From assembly GCA_964629195.1 (NCBI GenBank), contig CAZVPV010000004.1, positions 4,853 to 68,852 on the forward strand: DNA of 64,000 nucleotides, in the 5' to 3' direction. Origin of the DNA: an uncultured Candidatus Saccharibacteria bacterium. GTDB lineage: Bacteria; Patescibacteriota; Saccharimonadia; Saccharimonadales; Saccharimonadaceae. Position 1 is the first letter of the stretch; every line of letters starts with the position of its first letter. A program made the position numbers and the translations under genes. Below, in pieces: positions 62,908-64,000 of this stretch. Below the pieces are notes generated by a model. It saw only the letters and a list, made by a program, of their open reading frames with translations. It did no database searches and was not told the DNA's origin.

Positions 62908-63339
62908 TTATTTTCCTAACTTGTTGTATTCTTCATCACTGACCGGTTCACACCATTCGGTCGAAGTTTCTTCGCCAGGCGCTTCGAAAGCAATGTGGCT
63001 AAACCAAGAATCTCGCTTGGCGCCGTGCCAATGTTTCACATTGGCGGGGATCGTCACAACATCTCCAGGTTTCAGGCTTTGAGCTGCTTTGCCTTCTTCT
63101 TGATACCAGCCTTCGCCAGCAATGCAGAGTAGGATTTGGCCACCGCCCTGAGTAGCATGGTGGATGTGCCAGTTATTTCGACAACCCGGTTCGAAACTGA
63201 CATTGGCGAGCGCAATGTGCGCTTTAGTAGGGTCAGTCAACGGGTTGAGAAAACTTTGGCCCGTAAAATATTTCGCGAAAGCGTCGTTGGGCTGGCCAAG
63301 GCCAAAAATATTATGTTCATCAAAAGTAGTTTTATCCAT
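62908..63339 (-). CDS. cupin-domain protein (143 aa)
   Basis: Cupin His cluster (NNWHIHH..GQIL). GGAG RBS. Confidence 0.65.
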   Translation of the reverse strand: MDKTTFDEHNIFGLGQPNDAFAKYFTGQSFLNPLTDPTKAHIALANVSFEPGCRNNWHIHHATQGGGQILLCIAGEGWYQEEGKAAQSLKPGDVVTIPANVKHWHGAKRDSWFSHIAFEAPGEETSTEWCEPVSDEEYNKLGK

Positions 63340-63537
63340 TTGTATATGCTCCGTTTAGCTAGATTAAGTATAACACGGTTCTGGAATTAAATTTTTCAAA
63401 ATAGAATTTTAGATTAAGCACTGATTGTAAGAGAATTAAAGGTGAAGGCAGGGCTGGGATTGAGTGAAAGTTATAAGCATGGCATAAAGTTATGATATAA
63501 TGGAGAAAATAAAATATTAATTTTTCAAGGAGTCTCC

Positions 63538-63921
63538 ATGGAGATAGAACAGCGCAATATCGCCGTATCGATTTTACTAACAATTTTCACCTGCGGGATT
63601 TACGGAATTTACTGGTTTATCGTGCTCAACAACGATGTCAAAGCTGCCAGCAAAGACGAAACACTTGCTTCTGGCGGGGTAGCTTTCTTACTAACCGTAG
63701 TCACTTGCGGAATATACGGGATTTATTGGGCTTATCGTATGGGCAAGGGTGTGGAGGCAGCGCGCAAAAAGGCCGGTCTAGAAGCAACTGATAATTCTGT
63801 ACTCTACCTAGTATTGCAGATCTTCGGTTTCGCCATTATCAACTACGCGTTAATCCAAAATGAGATGAACACGGTCGCGCAGCACCGCGCATCGCACAAG
63901 AAGGGCAGCTCTGAAGAATAG
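63538..63921 (+). CDS. DUF4234-family membrane protein (127 aa)
   Basis: Duplicated TCGIYGIYW motif in TM hairpins. GGAG RBS and a TGaTATAAT promoter upstream. Confidence 0.65.
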   Translation: MEIEQRNIAVSILLTIFTCGIYGIYWFIVLNNDVKAASKDETLASGGVAFLLTVVTCGIYGIYWAYRMGKGVEAARKKAGLEATDNSVLYLVLQIFGFAIINYALIQNEMNTVAQHRASHKKGSSEE

Positions 63922-64000
63922 AGCCCAAAATAAGCTCATACTAGCCGCCGGGATAATCGTCTTGGCGGCTAGTTATTATGTTTTTTATAAAACGACAGGG

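Overview
This 64-kb window comes from a compact, Gram-positive-like genome. I estimate about 50% GC by eye. The genetic code is standard, with TGA, TAA and TAG all ending well-supported genes.

Positions 1-28893 are the right-hand part of an integrated temperate phage, with all major genes on the + strand. In order it carries:
- a YqaJ-type exonuclease whose 5' end is cut by the window edge, and about 15 small early genes;
- terS/terL, portal, scaffold and major capsid;
- a two-gene membrane-protein insert;
- a coiled-coil protein and a 1927-aa giant internal/ejection-type protein;
- tail genes: an Ig-like protein, a collagen-like protein, a 675-aa FN3/propeller-like protein and a fibre;
- a CHAP/CW_7/LysM endolysin with a holin;
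- a 1-kb ORF-free region dense in promoter and terminator signals, with candidate small RNAs;
- two small genes and a tyrosine integrase.

The prophage ends at attR, a 3' fragment of tRNA-Val(GAC) at 28831-28893 with its native terminator. No tail tube, sheath or tape-measure set is visible, so I infer a podovirus-like virion.

Positions 28894-64000 are host chromosome, almost entirely on the - strand:
- a six-gene cell-surface cluster: two paralogous pairs of a secreted WxL-like protein plus a TM-anchored DUF916/DUF3324-like protein, a third DUF916-like protein, and a protein with a VPDTG sorting signal;
- uvrA, an unknown 237-aa gene, sbcB, a membrane protein, trxB, an FKBP PPIase and pheST;
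- a MIP channel, an LtaS-family protein, metG, a disordered membrane protein and rsmA;
- an RpfB-like G5/transglycosylase protein, pcrA, a family-5 SBP, secG and a holin-4_2-family membrane protein;
- a short uvrC, DUF362, a P-loop kinase, a cupin and DUF4234.

The gene content (short UvrC, MetRS and PheS; an SbcB; very tight spacing) suggests a reduced-genome lineage such as Saccharibacteria/CPR. This is inference only.

The most interesting observations are:
1. the RNA-rich accessory region between the lysis genes and int (25.8-27.4 kb);
2. a promoter-to-terminator structured RNA candidate after the capsid gene;
3. the divergent Csc/WxL-like surface cluster next to attR;
4. a repeated host promoter grammar of helically phased A-tracts, then TTGACT, a 17-nt spacer, and TGTGnTATAAT;
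5. widespread leaderless starts;
6. an orphan consensus promoter antisense to pheS.

No CRISPR array, rRNA, IS element or reverse transcriptase was seen.
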